The position numbers and the translations under genes are program-made. Shown here piece after piece: positions 14,255-26,894 of a stretch of 64,000 nt of DNA. The DNA comes from Nitrosopumilaceae archaeon. GTDB lineage: Archaea; Thermoproteota; Nitrososphaeria; Nitrososphaerales; Nitrosopumilaceae. Numbering within the stretch: the first letter of the stretch is position 1; each line of letters opens with the position of its first letter. The stretch spans positions 288,001 through 352,000 of the forward strand of contig CBDBMG010000001.1 of NCBI GenBank assembly GCA_965207375.1, in the 5' to 3' direction. The notes beneath the pieces are model-generated. The model was not told where the DNA came from. It ran no database searches and worked only from the letters and a program-made list of their open reading frames with translations.

Positions 14255-15216
14255 TTATTGAAGTACGGTAGTACTTAATAGTAGGGATCGGTGGGAAATC
14301 GTATGGCTTCTGGAAAATTTTGCGCTTTAAAATACCTTGCAATAGGCTTTACCCGAAAAAACCGGCTGGAATGCATTGATAAGGCTGTAATGATGCTGTA
14401 TCTTGGTTAAACGAAGCGACAAGTCGAATATTTCAACCTACAGCCAACTTTGAAAATTTCAAAATTCACCTGTATTTCGTCTGCCAGCCAGCCTGCCGTA
14501 AGACCCGGTTGTGCTAGGTGTAGGGCTCCAGAAATTTCACACAATAAAGGTAATGGTGGCAGATTTACGAAAATGTTGTTCCGAAGACAATTTATCCACT
14601 GCACCATGGCAATTCCTTTTATCCTTCATTCCCTTCCTTTATTCCTTTAGCAAGGTATGAATCTCACCGAAGGTGACGATAGCCTGTTATGGCTTCTGCA
14701 TGAACTTAGATATTATAGCCTTGGACAAATAGCTTTTGCTGTTTTTCGAGCATTATTTGCTATCACACAGCTGCTTTGCCATGTAAGCAGGTTGTTAACA
14801 AGCGCCTTTAAACAAGCACAATTATTACATAAGCACCTGTAACATTTTGTGTGCCTGCTGAAAGATTATTGAATACTTAGCATGTATAAAAACCAAACAA
14901 ACTAGAATGATAAAAAAATTAAAAATTCAAAGGTAAGTAGGGATTGAATTCAATAGTGCTACAAAAAGTAAGGAAACAAGGAATAAGATTTTGGGACGAG
15001 AGAACATTCTGGCATGAGATAATTTATAAAAGTTTAATCCCTACTTTTGGCTCACTTCAGTTGGTTTGCCAAAAGTAGGGATTAAACTTTTATAAATTAT
15101 CTCATGCCAGAATGTTCTCTCGTCCCAAAATCTTATTCCTTGTTCCTTACTTTTTGTAGCACTATTGAATTCAATCCCTACTTACCTTTTGAATTTTTAA
15201 TTTTTTATCATTCTAG
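14255..15216 (+). mobile_element. Helitron-like element, family B copy 2 (tandem to copy 1)
   Basis: Direct repeat of copy 1; arms 14902-15051 / 15068-15216; ends CTAG|T. Confidence 0.85.
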
Positions 15217-15282
15217 TTGTTATAGCATAATTGTATTTTATTTTACTCTCAATATACGTTATTGTTGTATTGTATTCTGTAG

Positions 15283-16716
15283 ATCAAACTAATGAAGGAA
15301 ATGAATTCTTTGTGGGATTTTTCAGAAACCGATTTGGCAGAACTAATGAGCCTGAGGTGATACCTCCAGTTCTTTGGATCACAACTAAAGAGTCTATGCC
15401 AGTCAACTTTGAAGTGTTCACTTTTTTTGGATTTCTTACTAGTGGTGTAGCAACTCCTGGAGAAATAATATATGTTGACATACCTCTTGGATTTATTGTG
15501 TTTGATTCATCTGTAGATAGTGAAACTGATACACGGTTTAAAGGAATTTATATTAAAGCAGAAGATGACAGGAGAATTGTTGTGTTTGGTCAACATGAAG
15601 AAGTAGCATCCAATGATGCTTATCTAGCATTACCAATTATTTCACTGCCAGCAGTAAGGTCTTATGAGTACATTGCAGCATCAATATTTGGAGATTCAGG
15701 TACTGTTCCACAAGCTAAAGATAGCGTGGCTCTAATTATTGGAACTGAGAATGATACTGAGATAATCCTTGAACCATCTGTTCTCATCAGGCATCCCTTT
15801 GCTCCAGCAGACTTTGGTTTCCGGTTTATTCCTGGAACTCCTGTTGAGAATCGTACTGTAACTATTCAGAGGTTTCAGACATTTTATCTTCAGGTTCGTG
15901 GTGGAGATATATCTGGTACTCGTATAATAGCAGATAAGCCAATATCTGTTTTCTCTGGACATGAATGTGCTAATGTTCCATTAGCTAGTGAACCTTGTGA
16001 CATACTGATTGAACAACTTCAACCAATAGATACATGGGGAAATGAAGTAGTTACAGTTCCACTGAGAACAAGGAGTGGTGATGTACTAAAAGTGTTTGCT
16101 TCACAAGACTCTACTACAGTTAATGTTACATATACAGACATCAGTAGTGGCATGGTTACCAGTGATAGTTTTAGTTTCACACTTAATCGTAATGGATTTA
16201 GAGAGTTGGGGGGTACTTCAACAATGGCCGCAGGGGCTATTGCTGACTTTGCCTTGATACAGTCTAATAATCCAATTGCAGTGTTTCAATTTAGCAGAAG
16301 CTTTTCAACTGATAATAGAATAATATCTGATCCATTTATGTTGTCAGTGCCATCTTGTGAACAATATCGTAACAGTTATGTAGTAGCTCCAGCTCCATTT
16401 AATGAAACAATTGAAGGCACTGTTTCAGGACGAGTTGCATATGTTAACTATACTAACATAACAGTACCAGCTGAGTATTTTAATGCTAATTTAATAACAA
16501 TTAATGATAATCCAATTAATGCCTCAGAGTTTAGACCAATCAGGAGAGCAGATAACAGCATATGGGGCTATGGGGCACAGTTACTACTTGATGAAGGAGC
16601 TCAAGTGATAAGCCATTCAGACCCAAATGCAGCTCTATCAGTAACATTGTATGGATTCAATAACCAGATGTCATGGGGTTATACTGGAGGTACAGGTGTT
16701 GCTCCTGTTGCTCTTT
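15283..16716 (+). CDS. Large exon of gene 2: IgGFc-binding protein N-terminal domain
   Basis: Within 498-aa ORF; FCGBP-N motifs GNEFFVGF, SNDAYLALP, DISGTRIIADKPISVFSGHECANVP, CDILIEQL, SDPFM, WGYTGG; tgtAG acceptor, T|GTAAGT donor, phase 1/1. Confidence 0.92.
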
Positions 16717-17086
16717 GTAAGTTATGAGTATATATTATTGTATGTATAATTGTCAGTGTATCTGTTATACATGATCTCAGAACCTTTTTGTTCTCAAGGA
16801 CACAAGGTTGTGGTCATTTAATGTTTACAGATGATGGCAGATGGCATTTTTTTTGAGAATAGAACAATAGGCATTGAATCATTGTACTCACCTTGACCAC
16901 AGCACAGATGTACCAGCAGCTGTTACAGCAGCTGTTGGCTCTTTGCTATTATTCATTACCTATTGTCATAGTTACAGTGTGTGTATATTTGTACTTGTAA
17001 ATTACCACTAATAACACTTTCTCACTTATGATGTACAGCTAGTACCATGGTTACCAAATGATACTGGGTTATGTCATTATCTGTAG

Positions 17087-17515
17087 CTGTGGTCTCATTT
17101 GAGACAAATGGAGGATCAGGAGTTACCATAGTAATATCAGAGAGTGCAGGCTCATTGGTAGTAGTTTTAGTACTCAGTGAAGCAGTTGGTGAAGAAGTCA
17201 GTGTTTTTGTAATAGCAACGAACGTAACTGCTAGAGGTTTGTTAAACTTAGTCTGTGCATTAACAAGTTTATTCAGTTGTTCATTTATAGCTGGTGAAGA
17301 TTTTGGACCATCTGAAAATTATACAGTAACCTTTCCTGCTGGATCAACAAGACAATCAGTGAACATTCCCATTATTAATGATACTGTTTTGGAGCTTGAT
17401 GAAACCTTTCAATTAGAACTCAGTGTTCCTGAAGCAGCTGTTAGAGCTGGTGTAATAGATGGCTGTGATCCAGTTACTCCTAGACAAACTGTTGAAATCA
17501 TTGATGATGATGATG
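17087..17515 (+). CDS. Calx-beta domain of gene 2, exons 17087-17236 and 17291-17515
   Basis: Motifs VSFE..ISESAGSLVVVLVLS..TA | GEDF..TVTFPAGSTRQSVNIPIINDTVLELDETFQLEL..VEIIDDD; 54-bp GT-AG intron; GTAAGT donor after 17515. Confidence 0.88.
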
Positions 17516-17660
17516 GTAAGTTGCACATCAATATGATTTATTATTAGCATGTTAATTGTAGTGTAAATGATAAAACAATAAACACCATGTGTAACAAATG
17601 ATGTAATATGATATCACTGAATGCATTGTGTGTATGTACATTATATTGCATATACGTATA

Positions 17661-18285
17661 TGTGACTGTCACTGCAAAATCCAGCCATGTTCGCACCAAA
17701 ACTGAAATCAATTTTATTGCACAAGCTTAAAAATTATTTAATTAACCTTAACATTATTCATACTGGAAGATTGCATCATCTGTTATGTAAAGCGTAGTAA
17801 TCAGTGGTCTAGAATTGCAGGTGTGTACAGTATAAAACATCAAGGTTTCCTGTTGTATTACATTTCAACTACTGTGTCTCTGCTGGCCAATGTGAACTTG
17901 TATGCTTTTCTGGAGGAATTTTGCCAACCCTGTGGTGTCACGATAAAGAGAATAGTGCCTATCATAAAGGGCACCAATTGGGTGGCCATGACCTGGAACT
18001 GTTCCCATTGCCTTGGCCTTGTGGTGTAGTGTGGAGGCTTTTCCTACTCTAAATAGTTGATCCACCTCCCACCCCTCTCTCCCATCCCACCCACCTGCCC
18101 CCTCGATGATGGCTGGATTTCAAAAGCCCTGAAATCCAGCCACCAGCTGTTCACAAGGTTAACTCTATGAATAATTGCTGCTAGTATAAGACAGCCAGCT
18201 ATAGAGAGCTTATTGTTTTAATATTTTGAAATGGTACTTATTTCTCGAAATATTACGAAGTGCGAACTAGGCTGGTTTCACTGTT
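17661..18285. mobile_element. TATGTGAC-family TIR element, degraded
   Basis: Left end and interior similar to 11601-12169; right TIR partly preserved (GTGCGAACTAGGCTGGTTT). Confidence 0.6.
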
Positions 18286-18692
18286 GCCATCGTTGTTACT
18301 GTTATGTACTGTACATACAAACACTGCATTTGTATATATGTAGCAGTTCACCACTTATATAGTCTGTTTTAGCAGTAAGTATGCATTTTACAACTACCTT
18401 AAACCAAGTTATTATAACAAAATACACTAATTTTAGCGATTTTAGTGAGTAGCTGTACTAAAATTTACTAACACTAATTATAAAGATTTTGATCAATGCT
18501 CTCTAATAGAGCAGTCACTAATGATTGATGACTGTACTATTAGAGAGTATTGATGTGCAATTGCTAAATTTAGTATTTGCTAAATGTGCAATCATAAATA
18601 TCACTAACTTCATACCTTACCCATATTGAATAACTAATATTATCTCCCATAACTATATTTTACTTACAATAGTTAGTTACTGCTGTTGAAAT

Positions 18693-19044
18693 TAGAGGTG
18701 GACCGATAATCAAATATACCGATATTCCAATAACCGATATATCGGCTATGAAAATCACCGATACTGATACCAATCTTGCGTTACTCTAGATATTCAGTCA
18801 CTATACAAGTTAGATTGATATTATCCACTATGCAGAATAATCCAAATTGCTGCTTTATCAATTCACTACAATTATAGTATAGATTGATCAACAAAACTTT
18901 CACCGATATGCCGATATTGCTGATATTACCAACATTTGTACCAATACCGATATTATATTGGTAAGCCATATGTTTTTTACCGATACGCCTAATACCAATA
19001 TTGGTACCGACACCAATACTGATATTAATATCGGTGCACCTCTA
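18693..19044. mobile_element. hAT-type MITE with ACCGAT subterminal repeats
   Basis: TIR TAGAGGTGGACCGAT / ATCGGTGCACCTCTA; 8-bp TSD GTTGAAAT. Confidence 0.88.
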
Positions 19045-19891
19045 GTTGAAATAATGATTAGTGGCAAATACGTAGCCACATTGCTTTAAGGTGGCAGTAT
19101 AGCAGTAACCCACGCAAGTAATTAAAACCTACAAATGGTTATATTTATGACAGATTGACTAACAATTCTATTAATAAACAAGGAGAGTTCCATTCCACAA
19201 ACAAAGCCCAAGTTGATCCAGCAATTTTAAACATGTATAATCGGCTATGGGCACCAGCCACGATTTCTGTAGATACAGTGAAGCTTTCTCTATTATTTTT
19301 CGTACAACGCATAAACTATATTAAACGAAAAGTTTTACGTATTGTTAACAATGTACAACGTCGTAACTTACAAGATAGACTACCCTACAGAAACAAACAA
19401 TCTTGTATATCTTCATCTTTAAATGATACGATAAAAACCAGCTATCCAGATACGTAGGATTCTTTATCACCCACTAACCATTCATCGTGCCGATTTTTGT
19501 AGCCTTTCGATTAAATAATTTTGAAGTAAAGGCGGATTTTATGCCAACGATGGAAAAGAAACCACAAACTCGCCACACACGATGAATCATTGGAGGCGCG
19601 CATGTCACACGTGATTTTGTTTACTACTACATTACTCTTTATCAGTGAAGAAATAGGTGCTATTATATAGTGCGCTAAGACAGAGCAGGATGGTTGAAGG
19701 TCGTCGTCATTCCAAAATGGGGCAAAACTGGTTGACAAGAAACATGGCGAGGACTGGCTAATTCCGGCAGCATGGACCGCATATACGTAGAAGCAGTATA
19801 GACACGGATAGATGGTATTCTTCCATACATCTTCATCTGAATAAATTCTCTGTACAACAAGATTGTCAATTGTTGCTGACGGCGTCCACAC

Positions 19892-20942
19892 TATAGTTGG
19901 TTCGCGTTCACTGTGCGGTTGAGCTAGCTGAAATGAAACCATTTAAGATCAAAGCCTTTTAAATATATGTTTTCTACGTCACTATTTAATTATGCGTAAT
20001 ATGGGAGCACAACTGCTCACGTTTACAAAAATGGCGTCTTTACTAAGACTCGTGCTATACCGTTTTAAAGAAAGAAAAGTACTTTTGGAGTGATAAACAA
20101 GTATGTTTTTACTGAAAAATATATTGATAAACCAAGAATGGCGAGATTAAATAAGTTTTAGTGCACACGATAAAATTAAAATGAATTGGTAGGTTTTTCT
20201 ATGTATAGTGCTATAGTTTCAATATATTTACTGTACCTTTAGAGGTATCTTCAAGCGAACAATTCACCATTAGCGACAAAAATGTATTATTACTGACGAC
20301 ACATTGGCGCGACTTTACCACAAATACGTCACGAACATGTGTCAGCTCGGTAACTTCAAAGGACTGTAGTTAAACGGCTTCTCCATAGGAAATATATGGG
20401 AAAACTTAAAAGCTCAATAACTCCCAAGCGCTGGTTCCAGCTGAAGCACTTCTTGTTTCATCCTCTCCGGCATTTTACGGGCTTCACAACAGTATAAAAA
20501 TTATTTTTCTAGCGTGTTTCTACCGGAAGTTATTAAAGAAAAGGCGACCACACAGTGAACGCGAACCAACTATAGTGCTGGGCGATATTGAAAAATTAAG
20601 ATGTCGATACGATATGAGAAAAATATCACGATACAATGATATCCACAATATTTCCTGTATGGTGTTATTCAAAAAACTATTTGTTTACATACATCACCCC
20701 TCCTAATTTGCATACTTGTATTTAAATAAACAACACCAATTGAAATATTTTTCAGCAAAGTTTGTTCATATTTGATGGATTTTTATTGAAATTTGAGCAA
20801 ATACAAGATATTTAGAAATGTACACATTGTACAGCTTGTCATTACTATACTAATTGGCGATATTATCGTGGAGCATAATTCTATACTCGATAGTATTTTA
20901 ATATCACGATACGATTAAATTTCGATATATTGCCCAGCACTA
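19892..20942. mobile_element. hAT-type MITE (own sequence 20573-20942) inserted in the YqaJ exon
   Basis: TIR TAGTGCTGGGC / GCCCAGCACTA; 8-bp TSD GTCCACAC (19884-19891, 20943-20950). Confidence 0.85.
19894..20572. mobile_element. TA-targeting MITE nested in the first TA of a hAT MITE
   Basis: TIR TAGTTGGTTCGCGTTCACTGTG / CACAGTGAACGCGAACCAACTA; TA on both sides. Confidence 0.85.
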
Positions 20943-23365
20943 GTCCACACTACAAAATTGCACCATTGTCTACAGGTGATTTGCAGTTGGCCTTGTATTT
21001 GATAATAATAATTGTGTCCTTTCTTTAGCTGATCCAATAATGGGATTTTCTCTGCACAAGCAGGACATTTGATTTCAACCAAACCGTATGGTTGTCTTTC
21101 ACTGGGGTTGGTTACTAATCCATCAGGTGATGCACCCATCCAATTAGCCTGCAAGGTAGAATTGTACATAATAATCAAGGTACTCTTTACATTGAACCTG
21201 CACAGAAAAATACATTCCTATGGAATGATAGTAAGCTATGTATGTATGTATGTAACTACCTGAAAATCTATGTGAAAACCTGTCTTTTGTACAGTTGCAT
21301 CGTTGTGATGATGCTTCTGAAGATATTCCAGATATAAGTCTCGAGCTCTAGACTCATTATCATGGCCATATACTTCATGGCTTTTGTTGTGCGTGATTTC
21401 GAGTATAAAAGTCTAATTACTAGTGGAGCATATTCCGCTCTTCGCTTGATGATTTCCCCAAAGGAAGAAGCAGTCACACATCCTCGACGCTGCACAATCC
21501 ATTCTCCTGATTGATCGTCTCCCTGGTCAACTGTTCTAATACTTATCTGATGTATTTCCTCATTGAACACCTGCCAGTAGTGATCAACAACAATATTAAT
21601 TTTTATGTTTTATCACCAACCTGTAGACATGTCAAGTACTCTTGACAGAGTCGCTTCAGTTCATCTGCCGGTTCTGCTGGATCACTGCCATATGATGTAT
21701 CAGGTGAGGAATTGACTGTAGATTGTCCATATCGTGTCATTAATCGTTATTTCTTATATCTCAGGAGAATTTTTCGTGCAGTGTCTTTATCATGCTTCCG
21801 CTTTATTTCAATGGTAAACTTGTCACATATAGAAGATTGTATTCCCAGATTGTTTTAAATGGATGTTGTCCAGCCAGGACCATTTTGTACTCGTAATGCA
21901 GCAGCCATTGGTCTATGCTGAAAGGAACCAGACTGAATTCTGTTATATAAATTTACCCCCATCCATTTTGCATCTAATGGACATGAAATTTTCCGTTATA
22001 TTGGTGGTCTTGTTTTGTACAAGTTGAGCAGCTTTGGAAACCAATCGATCCCCTGCTGCCTGCTGCCTCAACATCACGAAGAAAATCAGGAGGCAGCTTA
22101 TCAAGAGGTGATGTTCCTGTGATCAGTAAGTAATAATTAAAAATCTAGAATAATAAATTTATTATTGCTTTATCTGTAGGCCCTTTGGACTTCTGCTTGC
22201 AGAAAGCTGAGTTGCACTGATCATGCAAGCCGAAGTAATGACGGGGACCATTCCTTAGGTCATGGCGAAGCACTGTGATGTCAGAAGTGGCGCTATGCAT
22301 CTTAATGGCACATCTTGCTCCGTGCATGACACATTTCATCATAGCCTGTGATAGTCCATATTTATAACAATACTATAGTTTGTCATTACAGAGTGCTTCC
22401 AGCCTATTTCAATAGCATTTTACCACATGGTTAGCACATTCTACTTTAGTGATGTCACGACCATATGTCGGAACTCCAGTCACTATACTGTGGTAAACTG
22501 AACTATCACCATCTCCTATTAGCCAAAGATATCTCAGGCCATGCATGATTTCTGTGAAACTCACCCAATCAATATCATGTGATCTGCACTATTAATCTAA
22601 TTAAGTGTAACTAATGCTATATTTTGAATTTGCATCTTATTTGCTACATAATGTAACTTCTTTAAGTATCTTTTGTTGGATTATGTATGACTTTGGTTTA
22701 CTAACACCATAAATTGGATTTTTTTATTTTAGCAAATTGCCGATTTCATTAAATTTAGCCACTACTGTTTGTGTCATGTGAAGTGCCCTATAGCTACCCA
22801 TGGGAGTGATGTATACTGTTACATCAATGGCACCAATGATGTATACAAACATAGCTACGTATCATTGACATCTGCATTGTATATTGAACGTGATAAAATT
22901 GTGAAAACAGGCCTATATAGTAGATATTTTGCATGAAGACATCACTTTGCCCCCCAGCCTCCCGATATATCTGATTTTGCCCCTCCCCAGCCAAAATTGT
23001 GAAAGAAACCCTACTGATATTGTTACAATCAATTTGGTACATCTAAAACTGTCAAGTAAGTGCTTTGGAGCTTATTCAACTAGTCACACTCATGCATATG
23101 ACAATGATATCATAAAAAGGATATACATATGCACAAAAGCACCTTGTGATAAGACACACACAGATATTTATAGGTCTAAATCAGGCACACTAGCCCTAGT
23201 TGTAAAAACTCCCTATTGTATATCAATACCCAATTTGTTTCCATACTCTTTTGATCTGTAAGAACTTATTGATTTTTAGTTAAGTTATTCAATCCCTATT
23301 CCCTTTTTATATTTTACTCTTTGCCCATATATGCAGTGGCCACTTGTACCTCAAGTAACCAAAAT

Positions 23366-23728
23366 TAGTGTTGCACCAATTATTTTTATTTATCAGTATC
23401 AGCACACTTAGGCATGCTAGTAGCAGATTATTTACTAATGAAAGCCATATCTTATACAAACGCTGAGGTTAACACTAACTTTTCCAGACAAGTCTCAGCC
23501 TACCTTTATAGAAGTGCTAATTTGTACTTATAACCAGTAATATGATGCATGCTTTAACTTGTGGGATACCTCCAAGTTCTGTAGTTGAAGTTTTCAGTAC
23601 AGTTATGAACAATAGTGGCTTTAAATCAATAAACTCTATATTGGCTTGGATATTAGTATATCGGCAGATTTGATGCAAAGATATCGGTTATCGGAAAATC
23701 CCAAAATTCCCATATCGGTGCAACACTA
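23366..23728. mobile_element. hAT-type MITE
   Basis: TIR TAGTGTTGCACC / GGTGCAACACTA; 8-bp TSD ACCAAAAT. Confidence 0.88.
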
Positions 23729-23844
23729 ACCAAAATACTTCAGACTCTGTGTGCACCTGTCCATTAAGTAGAATTACATTGACTTCTAAATTGGAATAGG
23801 TTGGTTAAATCCATATTTGGATATGTGTCATTGGCACCTGCATT

Positions 23845-24042
<198 letters not shown>

Positions 24043-24624
24043 AAGTTCATAGCAATACATGCATCATATTATATTTCTAAAGATTTTGAATTGATGTTAG
24101 AGGCACACATACGTAGCTACAGGAGCTATATTTATCTCATAGAATCATTGCAGCTGGCAGTATTTGCATATCATCTGCATGTGCAGCAAATGTTATATCC
24201 TATTTTTATACTCAGGTTTGCCCCACGATGCTATTAGCATCTGTTTAGTTTTTATTAAGTATGGCAATACTCAATATGAAACACCATGGCTTCTGGCATT
24301 AGATAATTCTTTAGCCTTTCATGCACAAGAATTAAAATCCATTTGATGTTATAGCTACACTCCTTTCATTACATAGCTAGGTACAAAGCAACAATAGATG
24401 GCCAACCCTATATTCCAAAACTTTGTTATTTACTTTATAGTATTTGGTATAAGTAGCTAAGTATATATAAGAGAGTTGTGATACTGAAAGAAATATATAA
24501 CATTTCAAGTACCAAGAAATAAAATTTGTTTGCAGGTGATCAAAAAATGTTTTGGGAACCTAACTACGTATCAAGACACACTATTGTGAGTCATAAGGCT
24601 AAGAAGAACTCATGATGGTTGAGG

Positions 24625-25141
24625 GATATTACTTGGGGGAAATACAAAAGAAAAGCCCAAAGTATTAATCCTCCCCTTTTTTACAAATTTATTTACTCTG
24701 CATACTTTATATAAGGTTTCTTGTCAGGATTTGCTTATAACTATAACATCTGTTTATGTATATGCTAAGCAAAAACAGCCTGGCTACAAGTGCAAAGCCA
24801 ATCAGATGCAACAATGGTTATAATCGACCAAAAACTCTGATATCAAGTAATGCCAAGAAGTTAAACATTTTATTAAAAATCCTTTTACTTGAATGACATA
24901 CAATAGTTTACAGGACATTTTCACAACTATGATTGGCTTTGTCACTTGGCCACCATCTTTTATAAAGGTAGCCAAGTGATAAAGCCAATCATAGTTGTGA
25001 AAATGCCCTGTAAACTATTGTATATCATTCAAGTAAAAGGATTTTTAATCAAATGTTTAACTTTTTGGGCTTACGGTTGCTTATAATCATTGCTGCTTCT
25101 GATTGGCTTCCCACTTCTTTTTACAACCAGGCTGTTTTTGT
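24625..25141 (+). mobile_element. Family A palindrome-ended element, older copy
   Basis: Body similar to 830-985; imperfect palindrome 24762-25141 with shortened loop. Confidence 0.8.
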
Positions 25142-25494
25142 ATATATAACACTTTATATTGTTAAGTAGGAATCAACATGGAAAAGTTGATGTCAAAATT
25201 TTATGCCTACAATAAGCTTTACCATTGGTGATGATGTAAAAACACTGTAATCTGAAAATGCTGATGGTGTGATCTGTAGAGAATTGAAATTTTTCCTGGT
25301 ACTAGAGGTGGGCGGTATCACAAAAATGGAGACGGTACGGTATTATTTTAAAATATCACAATATCACGATATTGTCATCATCATAATGTTCAATTGTTAT
25401 TGCACCTCAGTGCATCAAAATTCATCTAAAATCTCATGTATGTATGATAGCTACAAATATGTCAACTAGCTAGAATGTGTTTTTTCTTATGCAG

Positions 25495-25574
25495 GCAGTG
25501 AATCAGTTTATGATGATGTTGATATTGGAGGTGGTCAGACATGTATGGCTGCGTTGAGAGCCTTTAGCTCATAA
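25495..25574 (+). CDS. Candidate further/terminal exon of gene 2 (GSESVYDDVDIGGGQT, then donor after 25542 or read-through CMAALRAFSS*)
   Basis: Strong TTTTTTCTTATGCAG acceptor, phase 1 compatible with 17515; no homology support. Confidence 0.3.
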
Positions 25575-25644
25575 CTGATAGCTATATACGCTATACTGAT
25601 TGATGTCTGCTTGTTGTGTCTATTACACATTGCCTTTCTTCAGC

Positions 25645-26367
25645 GGGTGTCTGGATTCAGTGGAATGGAATGGTGGACTGGAACGGTGGAATGGAATGGT
25701 GGACTGGAACGGCAGAATGGAATGGTGGAAAACACCCATTATGCTTAAGTGTAAAACCTAAAGTACTCATATTACCATATAAACACTTCGCACACGTACC
25801 TAAACTGATTCCCTGGTACAACTTTAACTGGAGACCTAAATTGATTTTTGGACCGCTCAACTTCCACCAAAGATTCCACGTCATCGCATTCATCTACAAT
25901 AATGGGACTTTCAATTGTTCCAGTTGCCTTTTCTTTATTCTCAGACATGACTCGGCTGAATAACAATAAATTACTTAACACCTTAGCCACAAGGTCTAGA
26001 TGTGCGCATTAATTAGAATGAGAAAATTGAATAGTGGCAGGGCGTTACCTATTGCGTTAGCTCACACAGTATTAAACCGACAAAGCCAAGTGATCTGACC
26101 ACGCGGTACACTGATATCGATTCAGATTTACTATTGAAACCATTCCAGCTAGATTAATGCCCGCATTAATTAAATGTTAATACATTAAAATCAGAGATAA
26201 TAATATTATATAGGGCGCTACTGCCCAACTGAGGTATAAACGAACTGCTGTGTGGTCACTGCGAACAACTGACAGCGATTTTTGATTCCAATTAGTCCAC
26301 CATTCCAGGCCACCATTCCATTCCACCGTTCCAGTCCACCATTCCATTCCACTGAATCCAGACACCC
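25645..26367. mobile_element. MULE-type MITE with TGGAA-rich TIRs
   Basis: TIR GGGTGTCTGGATTCAGTGGAATGGAATGGTGGACTGGAACGG, ~55 bp; 9-bp TSD TTCTTCAGC (25636-25644, 26368-26376). Confidence 0.88.
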
Positions 26368-26624
26368 TTCTTCAGCTGCTATATTTGCACATCTCCTGCG
26401 CATGTAGCTATTCACTGTGTCTGAGTAATCGCTCTTCCCTCTTCTCAGGAGTTTCAGCAGCTCTGTGTAACCTGTACAACTCCCTTCTTCGTGCCAGCCT
26501 ATGTTCCCTAGCTGGATCCATCATTCATCAAGAGTAGACTGGATGGGAGACTGCCGGGATTCCACGTGCAAAAATCACCTCGCTATTAATAGATACTCAG
26601 TAATCTACCCAGTAGATTTAGTTA

Positions 26625-26880
26625 TATGCCGTGTCATGAACTATCCTACGAACATATATGGAAGTTCAGTAATATACGCCGTGAACCTATACCATGTCAT
26701 GAACTATCCTACGAACATAATAAATTATAAGGAAGTTTTGGGATACTACCGGGTGATTCCATATCACGCAAGAACTTGCAAGGTTTGTTATTCGTGTTCT
26801 TTAATCTATGCCGTGTACTTATATCATATCATGAGCTATCCTACGAACATATAAGGAAGTTTTGTGATACTACCAGGTGA
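26625..26880 (+). repeat. Imperfect tandem repeats with core TCATGAACTATCCTACGAACATA
   Basis: Three occurrences near 26635, 26698 and 26829. Confidence 0.7.
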
Positions 26881-26894
26881 TTTTGTGCCAGAAA

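Larger units (their letters stand above)
19720..22552 (-). pseudogene. Decayed intron-containing Mutator-like transposase + YqaJ (PD-(D/E)XK) nuclease gene
   Basis: Minus-strand GLRYLWLIGDGDSSVY..KVECANHVVKCY*, DLRNGPRHYFGLHDQC, then QGDDQSGEWIVQRRGCVTASSFG, GASPDGLV..LVEIKCP, YYYQIQGQLQIT..CNFVVWT; stops, frameshifts and MITE insertions. Confidence 0.8.

Noticed and set aside
13344-14842. Short ORFs inside the family B bodies
   Set aside because: Frames are not conserved between copies and there are no Rep/helicase motifs.
15231-15282. Hydrophobic start MYFILLSIYVIVVLYSV as a signal peptide
   Set aside because: Begins at TTG and corresponds to the T-rich acceptor region; an ATG-led leader exon exists at 9528-9615.
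26625-26880. CRISPR-like spaced repeats
   Set aside because: Eukaryotic context, spacers similar to each other and irregular, no cas genes.
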